Below are positions 54,595-63,551 of a stretch of 64,000 bases of DNA, piece after piece. The notes beneath the pieces were generated by a model that saw only the letters and a program-made list of their open reading frames with translations, was not told the origin of the DNA and made no database searches. A program made the translations under genes and the position numbers. Within the stretch, counting starts at the first letter, position 1. Every line of letters begins with the position of its first letter. The stretch is from Actinomycetota bacterium. Lineage in GTDB: Bacteria; Actinomycetota; Acidimicrobiia; Spongiisociales; UBA4744. The stretch covers positions 1 through 64,000 of the forward strand of contig JAADGS010000070.1 of the NCBI GenBank assembly GCA_013152275.1, written 5' to 3'.

Positions 54595-55283
54595 GCGCCC
54601 CGCTCCTGCAGCCACGTCAGGGAGAGGTTGACGACCAGTGCAATGGCCATCAGGACGATGCCGAGAGCCAGCGCCTCCCCGAACCGAGCCTGGCGGGCTT
54701 CTTGAACGATCGCTGTCGTCAGCACTCGTGTCTCTCCCCGGATGTTGCCGCCGATGATGAGGACCGCACCGACTTCGGAGACCACGCGCCCGAAGGCGGC
54801 CGCCACGGCTGCCACAACGCCGGGCCACGCCTCTCGAAGGGCGACTCTTGCACGGCTCACCTTCGACAGGCGCAACGCAGCGAGCTGTTCGTGAGCGTCG
54901 CCGGGCAGGCCGCGGATGGCTCCGGACGTGACACCGGCGGCGATCGGTATGGCGAGCATCGTCTGGGCGATCACCATCGCCATCGGAGTGAAGATGAGCC
55001 CCCACGATCCAAGCGGACCTTCACCCCACAGCAGCAGCAACAACAACAGGCCGGCGAGGACGGGCGGCATCCCCATGCCGGTGTTCACCGCCGCAAGGAG
55101 CAGCCTCCTCCCCCTGAATCGGCCAAGACCGAGCGCAGCCCCCAGAGGAACACCTGCGAGTACGCCGAGCAGCGTCGCCGTTCCGCTCACGACGAGCGTG
55201 AGCCACACGACGGCCTGTAGCTCGGCTCCGAACCGGCCGATGATCTCCACCGCCTGGCGGATCACATCCGCGAGAAAGCTCAT
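54591..55283 (-). CDS. tupB: tungstate ABC transporter permease
   Basis: NTGMGMPPV, AFGRVVSEVGAV, GGNIRGETRVLTTAI. Confidence 0.88.
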   Translation of the reverse strand: MSFLADVIRQAVEIIGRFGAELQAVVWLTLVVSGTATLLGVLAGVPLGAALGLGRFRGRRLLLAAVNTGMGMPPVLAGLLLLLLLWGEGPLGSWGLIFTPMAMVIAQTMLAIPIAAGVTSGAIRGLPGDAHEQLAALRLSKVSRARVALREAWPGVVAAVAAAFGRVVSEVGAVLIIGGNIRGETRVLTTAIVQEARQARFGEALALGIVLMAIALVVNLSLTWLQERGA

Positions 55284-55420
55284 CGGATCTTGAAGTACCA
55301 GAGCCAGGCGACGGCGCCGATCACGGCCGCCCAGAGGGCGAGTCTGACGAGTTTCTTCAGCAGCCAGAAGCCGACGAGCACTGCTGCTGCGATCGCGATG
55401 ATCAGCGGCACGTTTTGCAC
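55280..55420 (-). CDS. small membrane protein coupled to tupB
   Basis: hydrophobic PLIIAIAAAVLVGFWLLKKLVRLALW; stop overlaps tupB ATG; start 55420 or 55411. Confidence 0.55.
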   Translation of the reverse strand: MQNVPLIIAIAAAVLVGFWLLKKLVRLALWAAVIGAVAWLWYFKIR

Positions 55421-55475
55421 AGAACGGAGCCTAATCACACTCGGCGGTCGACCGTCAGAGACAGCGGGCCACCGG

Positions 55476-56102
55476 CTACTCGAGGACAACGGACGCCGGG
55501 GTGAGACGGGGAACGACTCGATCCGCCGCGCCCAGATCTGCGGATCCGGAGCGCTGGACTCCCACGACGAACATTCCTGCCCGCTTGGCCGCCATCACGC
55601 CCGCAGGAGAATCCTCGACGGCGACACAGACCTCGGGCGAGAAGCCGAGCCGGCGAGCGGCTTCCAGGAAGACATCCGGCTCAGGCTTGCCGGCGTCGAC
55701 CTCGTCCCCTGCGACCACGACTTGAAAGAAGCGATCCAGGCCGGTGGAAGAGAGCGAAAGGGCCAGGCGCCGCCGAGAGCTCGACGACGCCACGGCGAGC
55801 GGGACATCGCGTGCCACCAGGGCTTCCAGCGTATCTTCGACATCCTCAAAGGCTTCCAGTGACGTTGTGAACCGTTGCGAGATCGCGATGGCCAGCTCCT
55901 CGGACAGGCGGCCAGACGGCGGCAAGGCAACTCGCCGGGCGAAATGGTCGTAGGCGTCGGCTTCGGAACGACCCGTCAACAGCTCGATGTCGGCGTCGCT
56001 CGGGGTTGTCCCATATCGTGTGAGCACCGCGCTCCACGCATCCCACGCAAGCGCTTCGGAGTCGACGAGGACACCATCACAGTCGAACACTACGGGAGTC
56101 AT
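55476..56102 (-). CDS. HAD family phosphatase
   Basis: FDCDGVLVDS, VASSS, KPEPD, VEDS. Confidence 0.92.
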   Translation of the reverse strand: MTPVVFDCDGVLVDSEALAWDAWSAVLTRYGTTPSDADIELLTGRSEADAYDHFARRVALPPSGRLSEELAIAISQRFTTSLEAFEDVEDTLEALVARDVPLAVASSSSRRRLALSLSSTGLDRFFQVVVAGDEVDAGKPEPDVFLEAARRLGFSPEVCVAVEDSPAGVMAAKRAGMFVVGVQRSGSADLGAADRVVPRLTPASVVLE

Positions 56103-57535
56103 GCTCTGGAGCGCAGCATCTCGTTGGCGAGTTTCGGATCCGCCTTGCCTCTGGTTGCCCGCATCACTTGTCCCATCAGGAAGCCAAGCACCTTCATGTC
56201 CCCGGTCCTGAGCCGATCCGCCTCCTTCGGGTTGGCGCCGAGCACCTCATCCACGACCGCCTCGAGCACGCCCACGTCGCTCAACTGGAGCAAGTCGCGC
56301 CGCTCGGCGACCTCTCTCGGTGAGCCCTCACCGCTCAGAACGCCTTCGAGAACGGTTTTCGCCGCGCTGATGGACAGGTCGCCACCATCGACGAGGCGAC
56401 ACAGCTCTGCGAGCGCCTCTCCGGAAATGGACGTATCGGACAGTTTCCCGCCTTCTCTGCGCAGGTAGGCGGTGACCTCACCGGTCAACCAGTTTGCCAC
56501 GGTGCGGGCCTTGCCACCCGCGCCGACCGCCACCTCGAAGAGACTCCCAAGGCCCCCTGCCACCAGCGTTGCAGCCGTGCCCGGATCGAGCCCGAGGGCG
56601 ATGTAGCGCACACGTTGCCGGGCCGGCAGCTCGGGAAGTCCGGCCCGAATACGTTCGCGCCACTCGTCGGAGACCACGATCGGCACGAGGTCCGGTTCCA
56701 TGAAGTAGCGGTAGTCCGAACTCTCCTCTTTGGACCGCATGCTGTGCGTCACACCCGCGGCCTCGTCCCAGTGCCGGGTCTCCTGGCTGACCGGCGTTCC
56801 GGCGTCGAGGAGCCGCCTTTGCCGTTCGATCTCAAACGTCAACGCGCGCTCCAGCGAGCGAAACGAGTTCATGTTCTTGATCTCCACTTTGACACCAAGC
56901 GCTTCGGAGCCTTGCGGACGCAGCGAGATGTTGGCGTCAAACCTCATGCTGCCCTCCTCCAGCCTCGCATCCGAGACGTCGAGCGTCGCCACGATCTCCC
57001 GCAGCTCCTGAACGTAGGCGCGAGCCTGTGCGGGGCTTCGAAGGTCCGGCTCCGAGACGACCTCGACGAGCGGTACACCGGCACGGTTGAAGTCCAACAG
57101 GGTGTAGTCGGCGCTCTGAATCCGGCCGTCGCCGCCGACATGTGTCGACTTCCCGGTGTCCTCTTCCATGTGCACCCTGGTCACCCCGATCCGCGCGAGC
57201 TCCCCTTCCGCGATGACGTCGAGGTGACCATCTGAACAGATGGGAATGTCGAACTGTGAGATCTGGTAGTTCTTCGGCATGTCCGCGTAGAAGTAGTTCT
57301 TGCGGTGAAAGACCGACCACGGAGCGATCGTCGAATCCAACGCCAGGCCGATGGCGACGATCCACTCGATGGCCTGCTCGTTGGGCACCGGCAGCGCACC
57401 TGGCAGTCCAAGACACACCGGACAGGTGTGCGTGTTCGGCTCGGCACCGAACTCGGCCGAACATCCGCAGAACATCTTCGACCGTGTCTTCAATTCGACG
57501 TGTGTCTCGATCCCGATGACCGCCTCGTAGCTCAT
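56099..57535 (-). CDS. gatB: Asp/Glu-tRNA amidotransferase subunit B
   Basis: IGIETHVEL, RKNYFYAD, EEDTGK, NRAGVPL, YRYF. Confidence 0.96.
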   Translation of the reverse strand: MSYEAVIGIETHVELKTRSKMFCGCSAEFGAEPNTHTCPVCLGLPGALPVPNEQAIEWIVAIGLALDSTIAPWSVFHRKNYFYADMPKNYQISQFDIPICSDGHLDVIAEGELARIGVTRVHMEEDTGKSTHVGGDGRIQSADYTLLDFNRAGVPLVEVVSEPDLRSPAQARAYVQELREIVATLDVSDARLEEGSMRFDANISLRPQGSEALGVKVEIKNMNSFRSLERALTFEIERQRRLLDAGTPVSQETRHWDEAAGVTHSMRSKEESSDYRYFMEPDLVPIVVSDEWRERIRAGLPELPARQRVRYIALGLDPGTAATLVAGGLGSLFEVAVGAGGKARTVANWLTGEVTAYLRREGGKLSDTSISGEALAELCRLVDGGDLSISAAKTVLEGVLSGEGSPREVAERRDLLQLSDVGVLEAVVDEVLGANPKEADRLRTGDMKVLGFLMGQVMRATRGKADPKLANEMLRSRA

Positions 57536-59001
57536 GGCGCCACCTTTCGAGACGGCAACCGCCGAAACTCCGCCAGACGCTCGACCTCGGCCGCAACCCT
57601 GAACAGCATGCGTTCCCCGAGTGCCTGCGCCATCACCTGGAAGCCGATGGGGAGTCCCTTCGCATCCACGCCCACGGGGACGCTGATCGAGGGATCTCCG
57701 GCAAGGTTCGAAGGGATCGTGCAGATGTCGCTCATGTACATCGACAGGGGATCCTGCGTCCGAGCGCCCAACGCGAATGCCGTGGTCGGACTCGTCGGTG
57801 AGACGAGCGCGTCGACGTTCGCGTACGCCTCCGTGAAGTCCGCGATCACGAGCGTGCGGACACGCTGTGCCTGTCCGTAGAACGCGTCGTAGTAGCCGGC
57901 AGAGAGCGCGTACGTGCCCAGCAGCACGCGACGGGTCACTTCCGGACCGAACCCGGCGTGTCGGGTGCGGGCCATCATCTCTTCGACAGTCCCCCCGTCG
58001 ACCCGGTTGCCGTAGCGAACCCCGTCGAATCGTGCCAGGTTCGCCGAGCACTCGGCCGGAGCGATCAGGTAGTACGTCGACAGGGCGTACTCGGTCGACG
58101 GCAGTGAGACCTCGACGATGTCGGCGCCGGCGTCCGAGAGCCTGTCGACCTGTCTGGTGAATGCGTCGAGGACGTCCGGTTCGATTCCCTCACCGGAGAG
58201 CTCCCGGACCACCCCGATCCGAATGCCGGAGACACCCTCGTCGAGACCGGAGCGAAACTCGGGAGCCTCTCCCCGGTACGACGTCGCGTCCATGGGATCG
58301 TGTCCGATGATGGTCTCGAGGACGGAGACGGAGTCCTCCACCGTGCGGGTGATCGGACCGATCTGGTCCAGGGAGGACGCGAAGGCGATCAGCCCATAGC
58401 GGGATACGAGGCCGTAGGTCGGCTTCATGCCGACGACACCGCACAGCGACGCAGGCTGGCGGATCGAACCTCCGGTGTCGGAACCGAGGGCCGCGAGCGC
58501 GGATCCTGCCGCGACGGTGACCGCCGATCCTCCCGAGGAGCCGCCGGGGACCCGATCGGTATCCCACGGGTTCCGACTGGGTCCGTACGCCGAGTTCTCC
58601 GTGGAAGACCCCATCGCGAATTCGTCCAGGTTCGTCTTGCCGACGAGAACGGCTCCGCCGGCGCGAAGCCCTTTCACGACCGTCGCGTCGTAGGGCGGGG
58701 TGTAACCGGCGAGGACCTGCGAGCCTGCGGTCGTTTCGACACCTCTTGTGACCATGTTGTCCTTGACGGCGACAGGGATGCCTTGGAGCGGTCCGAGATC
58801 CTCGCCCCTGCCGAAGGACTCGTCGGCCGCGACCGCGGCGGCGCGGGCGCCTTCCTGGTCCAGCGTCAGGTACGCGTGCAACTCGGCCTCTGTCCGGGCG
58901 GCCTGCTCCTTCACGGCTTCGAGGAGTTCGACCGCGGAGGTTTCTCCGGAACGCAGCAGTTCGGCTGCCTGCCGGACGGTGAGATCCGTCAGGTCGGTCA
59001 T
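57532..59001 (-). CDS. gatA: Asp/Glu-tRNA amidotransferase subunit A
   Basis: VKDN, PGGSSGGS, GSDTGGSIRQPA, RFDGVRYG. Confidence 0.96.
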   Translation of the reverse strand: MTDLTDLTVRQAAELLRSGETSAVELLEAVKEQAARTEAELHAYLTLDQEGARAAAVAADESFGRGEDLGPLQGIPVAVKDNMVTRGVETTAGSQVLAGYTPPYDATVVKGLRAGGAVLVGKTNLDEFAMGSSTENSAYGPSRNPWDTDRVPGGSSGGSAVTVAAGSALAALGSDTGGSIRQPASLCGVVGMKPTYGLVSRYGLIAFASSLDQIGPITRTVEDSVSVLETIIGHDPMDATSYRGEAPEFRSGLDEGVSGIRIGVVRELSGEGIEPDVLDAFTRQVDRLSDAGADIVEVSLPSTEYALSTYYLIAPAECSANLARFDGVRYGNRVDGGTVEEMMARTRHAGFGPEVTRRVLLGTYALSAGYYDAFYGQAQRVRTLVIADFTEAYANVDALVSPTSPTTAFALGARTQDPLSMYMSDICTIPSNLAGDPSISVPVGVDAKGLPIGFQVMAQALGERMLFRVAAEVERLAEFRRLPSRKVAP

Positions 59002-59288
59002 CAGGTCTCCATCGCGGGCGGCACCCGGAAGTACCCGTCCTCGGTTGCCGGAGCCTGATCGAGGATGACGGAGCGCTCGAGGGAAGGCCGTACATCGTCC
59101 GGACGGAACGCGTTGACCATCGAAAGCGGATGGGAGGTCGGCCGAACGCCATCGGTCGGAAGCTGCTGCACCCTCGCCGCGTGGTCGAGAATCACTCCGA
59201 GTTGATCCCGGTACCGGTCCAGTTCCTCATCGGACAGATCGATACGGGCGAGCCGCGCCACATAGGCGATGTCGATGTTGATGGGCAT
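59001..59288 (-). CDS. gatC: Asp/Glu-tRNA amidotransferase subunit C
   Basis: YVARLARI, PTSHP, APATEDGYFRVP. Confidence 0.93.
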   Translation of the reverse strand: MPINIDIAYVARLARIDLSDEELDRYRDQLGVILDHAARVQQLPTDGVRPTSHPLSMVNAFRPDDVRPSLERSVILDQAPATEDGYFRVPPAMET

Positions 59289-59345
59289 GCGCCGATGTTA
59301 GGCGGCAAACGAGGCACAAACCGCATCGGTTGCCGCCCGCTTCCT

Positions 59346-59918
59346 TCAGGACCCGGAGCCCAACATCTCTTCCAGAAGTGCCTCGACTCTGCGCCCGATC
59401 TCGTCACGTACCGCCCTGACGGCCTCGATGGGCTGCCCGTGAGGATCGGGAAGCTCCCAGTCGATGTATCGCTTCCCCGGGAAGTAGGGACAGGCATCTC
59501 CGCACCCCATCGTCACGACGACATCCGACGCCTCGACGATGTCGTCGGTGAACGGCTTCGGAAACGCCTCGGACATGTCGATGCCGATCTCGGCCATCGC
59601 CTCGACGGCCTGCGGATTGACTTCACGGCCCGGATTCGACCCACCGGCGAACACGATCAACCGGTCCCCCGCAAGGTGCCGGGCCCACGCCGCCGACATC
59701 TGGCTGCGACCTGCATTGTGAACACAGACGAAGATCACCGCAGGTGTCTTCGATCCCTTGCCGAGGATGGAACGGGCAACGAGGCGATCTCGCACGAACT
59801 GTTCGAGATTCCCTTCGTCGTGGTCGCCGACTCCCGCCAGCACCAACCGCGTCTCTTCGATCAGGCCGGCGACATCTGCCGGATCGACAGTGAATTCCTC
59901 CGACAACCGACGCTGCAA
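59346..59918 (-). CDS. arsC: arsenate reductase (LMW-PTP fold) with N-terminal helical extension
   Basis: CVHNAGRSQM, TMGCGDACP, DWELPDP; TTG start after GGGAGG. Confidence 0.85.
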   Translation of the reverse strand: MQRRLSEEFTVDPADVAGLIEETRLVLAGVGDHDEGNLEQFVRDRLVARSILGKGSKTPAVIFVCVHNAGRSQMSAAWARHLAGDRLIVFAGGSNPGREVNPQAVEAMAEIGIDMSEAFPKPFTDDIVEASDVVVTMGCGDACPYFPGKRYIDWELPDPHGQPIEAVRAVRDEIGRRVEALLEEMLGSGS

Positions 59919-60005
59919 CGATACCTCCCGCTCGCAACCCCTACGGTAACGGATCTTCTTCGAAGCCCACTAACGTGAGCATCCGCAACATCGTGGGGCC
60001 GGACC

Positions 60006-61361
60006 GTGAACATACTGATCGCAGCAGCCGAATATGCGCCGCTGGCTCGTACGGGGGGCCTCGGAGAGGCGGTTGCCGGCCTTGCCGGTGCACTGCGACG
60101 TCTCGACGTCGATGTCACCGTCGTCATTCCTCGCTATCGACATCTGGCGGATGCAGGGATACCCGTGACTGAGCCGGTGCCTGCACGCCGTATCGATGTC
60201 GACGGGATCGGCGTCTTGGCACTCGAAGATCCCGAGGCATTCGATCGAGATGGCATCTACGGCCCGACGCCGGGGACTGCATACGAGGACGAATGGTGGC
60301 GTTGGGGTCGGTTCGCGAAACTGGTCGGAGGACTCGCGGGCAGTTTTGATCTTCTGCATGTCAACGACGGCCAACCGGCCCCGGCGGTCCTCCTCACCGA
60401 TACCCCGTCCGTCCTGACCGTGCACAATGCCTCGTATCCGCTGCTCGGTCCCCTGAAGGAATCTGCCGACATCCTCGGCGTCCATCCCCGCCACCGCCGT
60501 CTGGGCGGATCGCTCGAGTGGTACGGGCAGGCGAACTACCTCAAGGCCGGCCTCGTCGGCGCGAGCAGGGTCATCACCGTCAGCCCTTCTTTCGCAGCCC
60601 AGATCATGTCCGACCTCGAGGTGACCGCAGGTCTGAGCGAGGTGATCCGCTGGCTCGATCATCCGGTGCAAGGGATCCTCAACGGAATCGATGTCTCCCA
60701 CTGGATCCCGTCCAACGATGCCGCCCTGCCGGCACCGTTCACCGCCAGGAGGTTGCGTGGACGGGATGAGGCGAAGTCGGCACTCCTGTCCGTGGCAGGT
60801 CTCGAAGAGGGTTTCCTGCTTGGCAATGTCGGCCGGATGACCGAGCAGAAGGGACTGGATCTCCTCGACGACCATCTCGATCGTCTCGTCGATGAGGGGT
60901 TCCGACTGATCCTCGTGGGAAACGGAGACCTCGACGAGATGGTGGACGGATGGGCGGCCAGGCATCCGACGGCGGTCTGGCACGGCCCATACGACGAGTC
61001 GCTCTCCCGGCTCGTCTTCGCCGGCTCCGATGCCTATGTCATGCCATCGCGTTTCGAACCGTGCGGCCTCGGACAGATGTACGCGATGCGGTACGGCAGC
61101 CTTCCGATCGCCCGGCTGACGGGAGGTCTGGCCGACACGGTCATCGACGTCGACGAGCTGCCGGACGAGGCGACCGGTTTCGGTTTTCGTTTGTTCGACG
61201 CGCGGGAGCTGACCAAGACGATTCGACGCGCCCGCCGCATCCATGATCACCGGCGCGGCATCTGGCGGACCATGCAGCGCAGGGGCATGCAGCGGGACTG
61301 GTCGTGGGACCGTGCCGCGGGGGAGTACATGGACGTGTACCGGGCCGTCCTCGATCACTGA
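60006..61361 (+). CDS. glgA: glycogen/starch synthase (GT5)
   Basis: RTGGLG, TVHN, GILNGID, RMTEQKG, PSRFEPCGLGQ, TGGLADT. Confidence 0.9.
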   Translation: MNILIAAAEYAPLARTGGLGEAVAGLAGALRRLDVDVTVVIPRYRHLADAGIPVTEPVPARRIDVDGIGVLALEDPEAFDRDGIYGPTPGTAYEDEWWRWGRFAKLVGGLAGSFDLLHVNDGQPAPAVLLTDTPSVLTVHNASYPLLGPLKESADILGVHPRHRRLGGSLEWYGQANYLKAGLVGASRVITVSPSFAAQIMSDLEVTAGLSEVIRWLDHPVQGILNGIDVSHWIPSNDAALPAPFTARRLRGRDEAKSALLSVAGLEEGFLLGNVGRMTEQKGLDLLDDHLDRLVDEGFRLILVGNGDLDEMVDGWAARHPTAVWHGPYDESLSRLVFAGSDAYVMPSRFEPCGLGQMYAMRYGSLPIARLTGGLADTVIDVDELPDEATGFGFRLFDARELTKTIRRARRIHDHRRGIWRTMQRRGMQRDWSWDRAAGEYMDVYRAVLDH

Positions 61362-61428
61362 ACATTGCCCCCTTCCCGAAGCGACGGACTTGGGTGACAA
61401 TGGCATCGTGTCGACGCAGGAGGAAGAG

Positions 61429-61638
61429 ATGGCCGTGTACAAGGTGATCGAGCTCGTCGGGACGAGCCCAACGTCGTGGGAGGAGGCAGCGACCAGTGCA
61501 GTCGCCGCAGCATCGAATTCGCTGCAGGACCTGCGCGTCGCGGAGATCGCCGACCTCGATCTGCAGCTTGGCGAGCAAGGTCAGGTGGTCGCCTACCGGG
61601 CCAAGGTCAAGGTCTCGTTCAAGTACCACACCACCTAA
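61429..61638 (+). CDS. dodecin family protein
   Basis: VYKVIELVGTSPTSWEEAA, YRAKVKVSFKY; SD AGGAGG. Confidence 0.9.
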   Translation: MAVYKVIELVGTSPTSWEEAATSAVAAASNSLQDLRVAEIADLDLQLGEQGQVVAYRAKVKVSFKYHTT

Positions 61639-61680
61639 CCCGTTCTCGTGACGGTTGAGCCGGATTATTCCCGTGAAGCG

Positions 61681-62748
61681 TCACGAGAACGGCTCTTCGC
61701 TGATGAGAAAGCGTCGCAGCGCATCGAACGCGCTCTGAAGGTTGTCGATGGGAACGCTCTCGTCGACCTGGTGGGCACGCGAGGTCTCACCGGGGCCGTA
61801 GTTGGCACCGGGTACGCCCCTTCCGGCGAGCCGGGCCACATCGGTCCACGCCTGTTTCGGCCGTACGACGGCGCCGGTCGCGTCGATCAGCGCCCGCAGA
61901 TATGGGCTCCCCTCCGGTATCGGCGCGCCAGGTGCACGATCGACGATCTCGATGCTGTCTGCGTCGGACGCGATCTCTCGGAGTCTGGCCTCGGCATCAT
62001 CGAGTGAGCGGTTCGGAGCGAACCGATAGTTGAGATTGATCTCGACGGCCGCCGGAACGATGTTGCGGGCGACCCCACCCCGGATCATGGTCACGGTGGC
62101 GACCTCACGAAACTCCAGACCCGCGACATCGACGACTTCGGGCTCACGCTCATGCAGCGCGGCCAGCCACCGTCCGGCCTTGGTGATTGCATTCTCTCCG
62201 GTCCATGGCCGAGCGGAATGTGCAGCCACACCCTCGAAACATACGGTCGCGTTGATCGCCCCGACACACCCCAACTGGAGCTCGAGATCGGTGGGTTCCA
62301 ACACGATCGCAAACACCGCATCGGAAAGCCATTCTGCATACTCGAGAACCGGTTCGAGCCCGTTCTCGTCCGCAGAGCCTTCCTCCTTGTCGTAGAAAAC
62401 TCCGATGACGTCGTACGGGCCGATCACAACGTCGGCATCGAGAAGCAGGTGCATCATGACCGCGAGCCCCGCCTTCATGTCGGAAGCGCCCAAGCCGACC
62501 ACCCGCCCATCGGCCACGTGCGCAAGCCCCTGGCCCTGGGAGGGAACCGTGTCCAGATGACCGAGCAGCAGCACGAGGGGTCGTCCGGTCCGCTTGCCGA
62601 CGAGGACGCTGTTCCCGATGCGTGTAACCGCCGTTCTGCCCCAGATCGGCAGAAACCGCTCGGTGATGTGGGTGGCCAGCCGACCTTCGCCGCCGGTCTC
62701 CGACGGAATGTCGATGATCTCGATGAGGGTGCGAACGAGCTCGTTCAT
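61681..62748 (-). CDS. dapE: succinyl-diaminopimelate desuccinylase
   Basis: GHLDTV, GASDMK, KEE, AHSARPW, WTDVAR, AHQVDE. Confidence 0.92.
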   Translation of the reverse strand: MNELVRTLIEIIDIPSETGGEGRLATHITERFLPIWGRTAVTRIGNSVLVGKRTGRPLVLLLGHLDTVPSQGQGLAHVADGRVVGLGASDMKAGLAVMMHLLLDADVVIGPYDVIGVFYDKEEGSADENGLEPVLEYAEWLSDAVFAIVLEPTDLELQLGCVGAINATVCFEGVAAHSARPWTGENAITKAGRWLAALHEREPEVVDVAGLEFREVATVTMIRGGVARNIVPAAVEINLNYRFAPNRSLDDAEARLREIASDADSIEIVDRAPGAPIPEGSPYLRALIDATGAVVRPKQAWTDVARLAGRGVPGANYGPGETSRAHQVDESVPIDNLQSAFDALRRFLISEEPFS

Positions 62749-63551
62749 ATCTGGACCTCGAAGGTTCGCAACGCGTCGTTGAGCGAGGTCTTGTCATCGG
62801 TCGACGCGGACCGCCTCCCGATGATGAGGGCGGCGGGAAGCTGATAGGTGCCGGCAGGGAAGTCCTTCGCCCGTGTCCCGGGGATGACCACGGAGCGTTC
62901 GGGGACACGCGCACGGTATTCGATCGGTTCGGGTCCCGTCACGTCGATGATCGGGATGCTCGAGCTGAGCACGACGTTGGCGCCGAGCACCGCACCCTGC
63001 TCGACGAGCACGCCCTCGACGAGGATGCAGCGGCTGCCGACAAATGCTCCGTCCTCCACGATGACCGGGCGAGCGCCCGGCGGCTCCAGAACGCCGCCGA
63101 TTCCGACCCCGCCGGAGATGTGCACGTCCCGACCGACCTGGGCGCAGGACCCGACCGTCGCCCAGGTGTCGATCATCGTCCCGGAGCCCACGTATGCACC
63201 GATGTTCACGTAGCCGGGCATGACGACCACGCCCGGCTCACAGAAAGCACCGTACCGAACCGTCCCCGGCGGGACCACCCGCACCCCGGCGTCCGCAAGG
63301 TTGCGCTTCGTGGGGATCTTGTCGTGGTACTCGAATGGCCCGGCAGTCATCGTCCTGACCGCCTGGAGCCGGAAAAAGAGCATGATGGCTTCCTTCACCC
63401 AACGGTTCACCGTCCAGACACCGTCGATCTTCTCCGCGACACGCAGCACCCCCTCATCCAGGGCTGCGACGGTTCTGTCCACCGCATCACGGGCCCCCTC
63501 GAGTAGCGAGAGGTCCTCGTATGCGGCCTCGATCAGTTCCCGGTCAGACAT
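62745..63551 (-). CDS. dapD: tetrahydrodipicolinate N-succinyltransferase
   Basis: RVVPPG, VNIGAYV, DTWATVGSCAQ, GGVLEP, KTSLNDALR. Confidence 0.94.
   Translation of the reverse strand: MSDRELIEAAYEDLSLLEGARDAVDRTVAALDEGVLRVAEKIDGVWTVNRWVKEAIMLFFRLQAVRTMTAGPFEYHDKIPTKRNLADAGVRVVPPGTVRYGAFCEPGVVVMPGYVNIGAYVGSGTMIDTWATVGSCAQVGRDVHISGGVGIGGVLEPPGARPVIVEDGAFVGSRCILVEGVLVEQGAVLGANVVLSSSIPIIDVTGPEPIEYRARVPERSVVIPGTRAKDFPAGTYQLPAALIIGRRSASTDDKTSLNDALRTFEVQI

Noticed and set aside
56099..58051. 650-aa gatB ORF suggesting a fusion or frameshift with gatA
   Set aside because: Extension is an open off-frame overlap; ATG 57535 has an SD and the usual ATGA coupling
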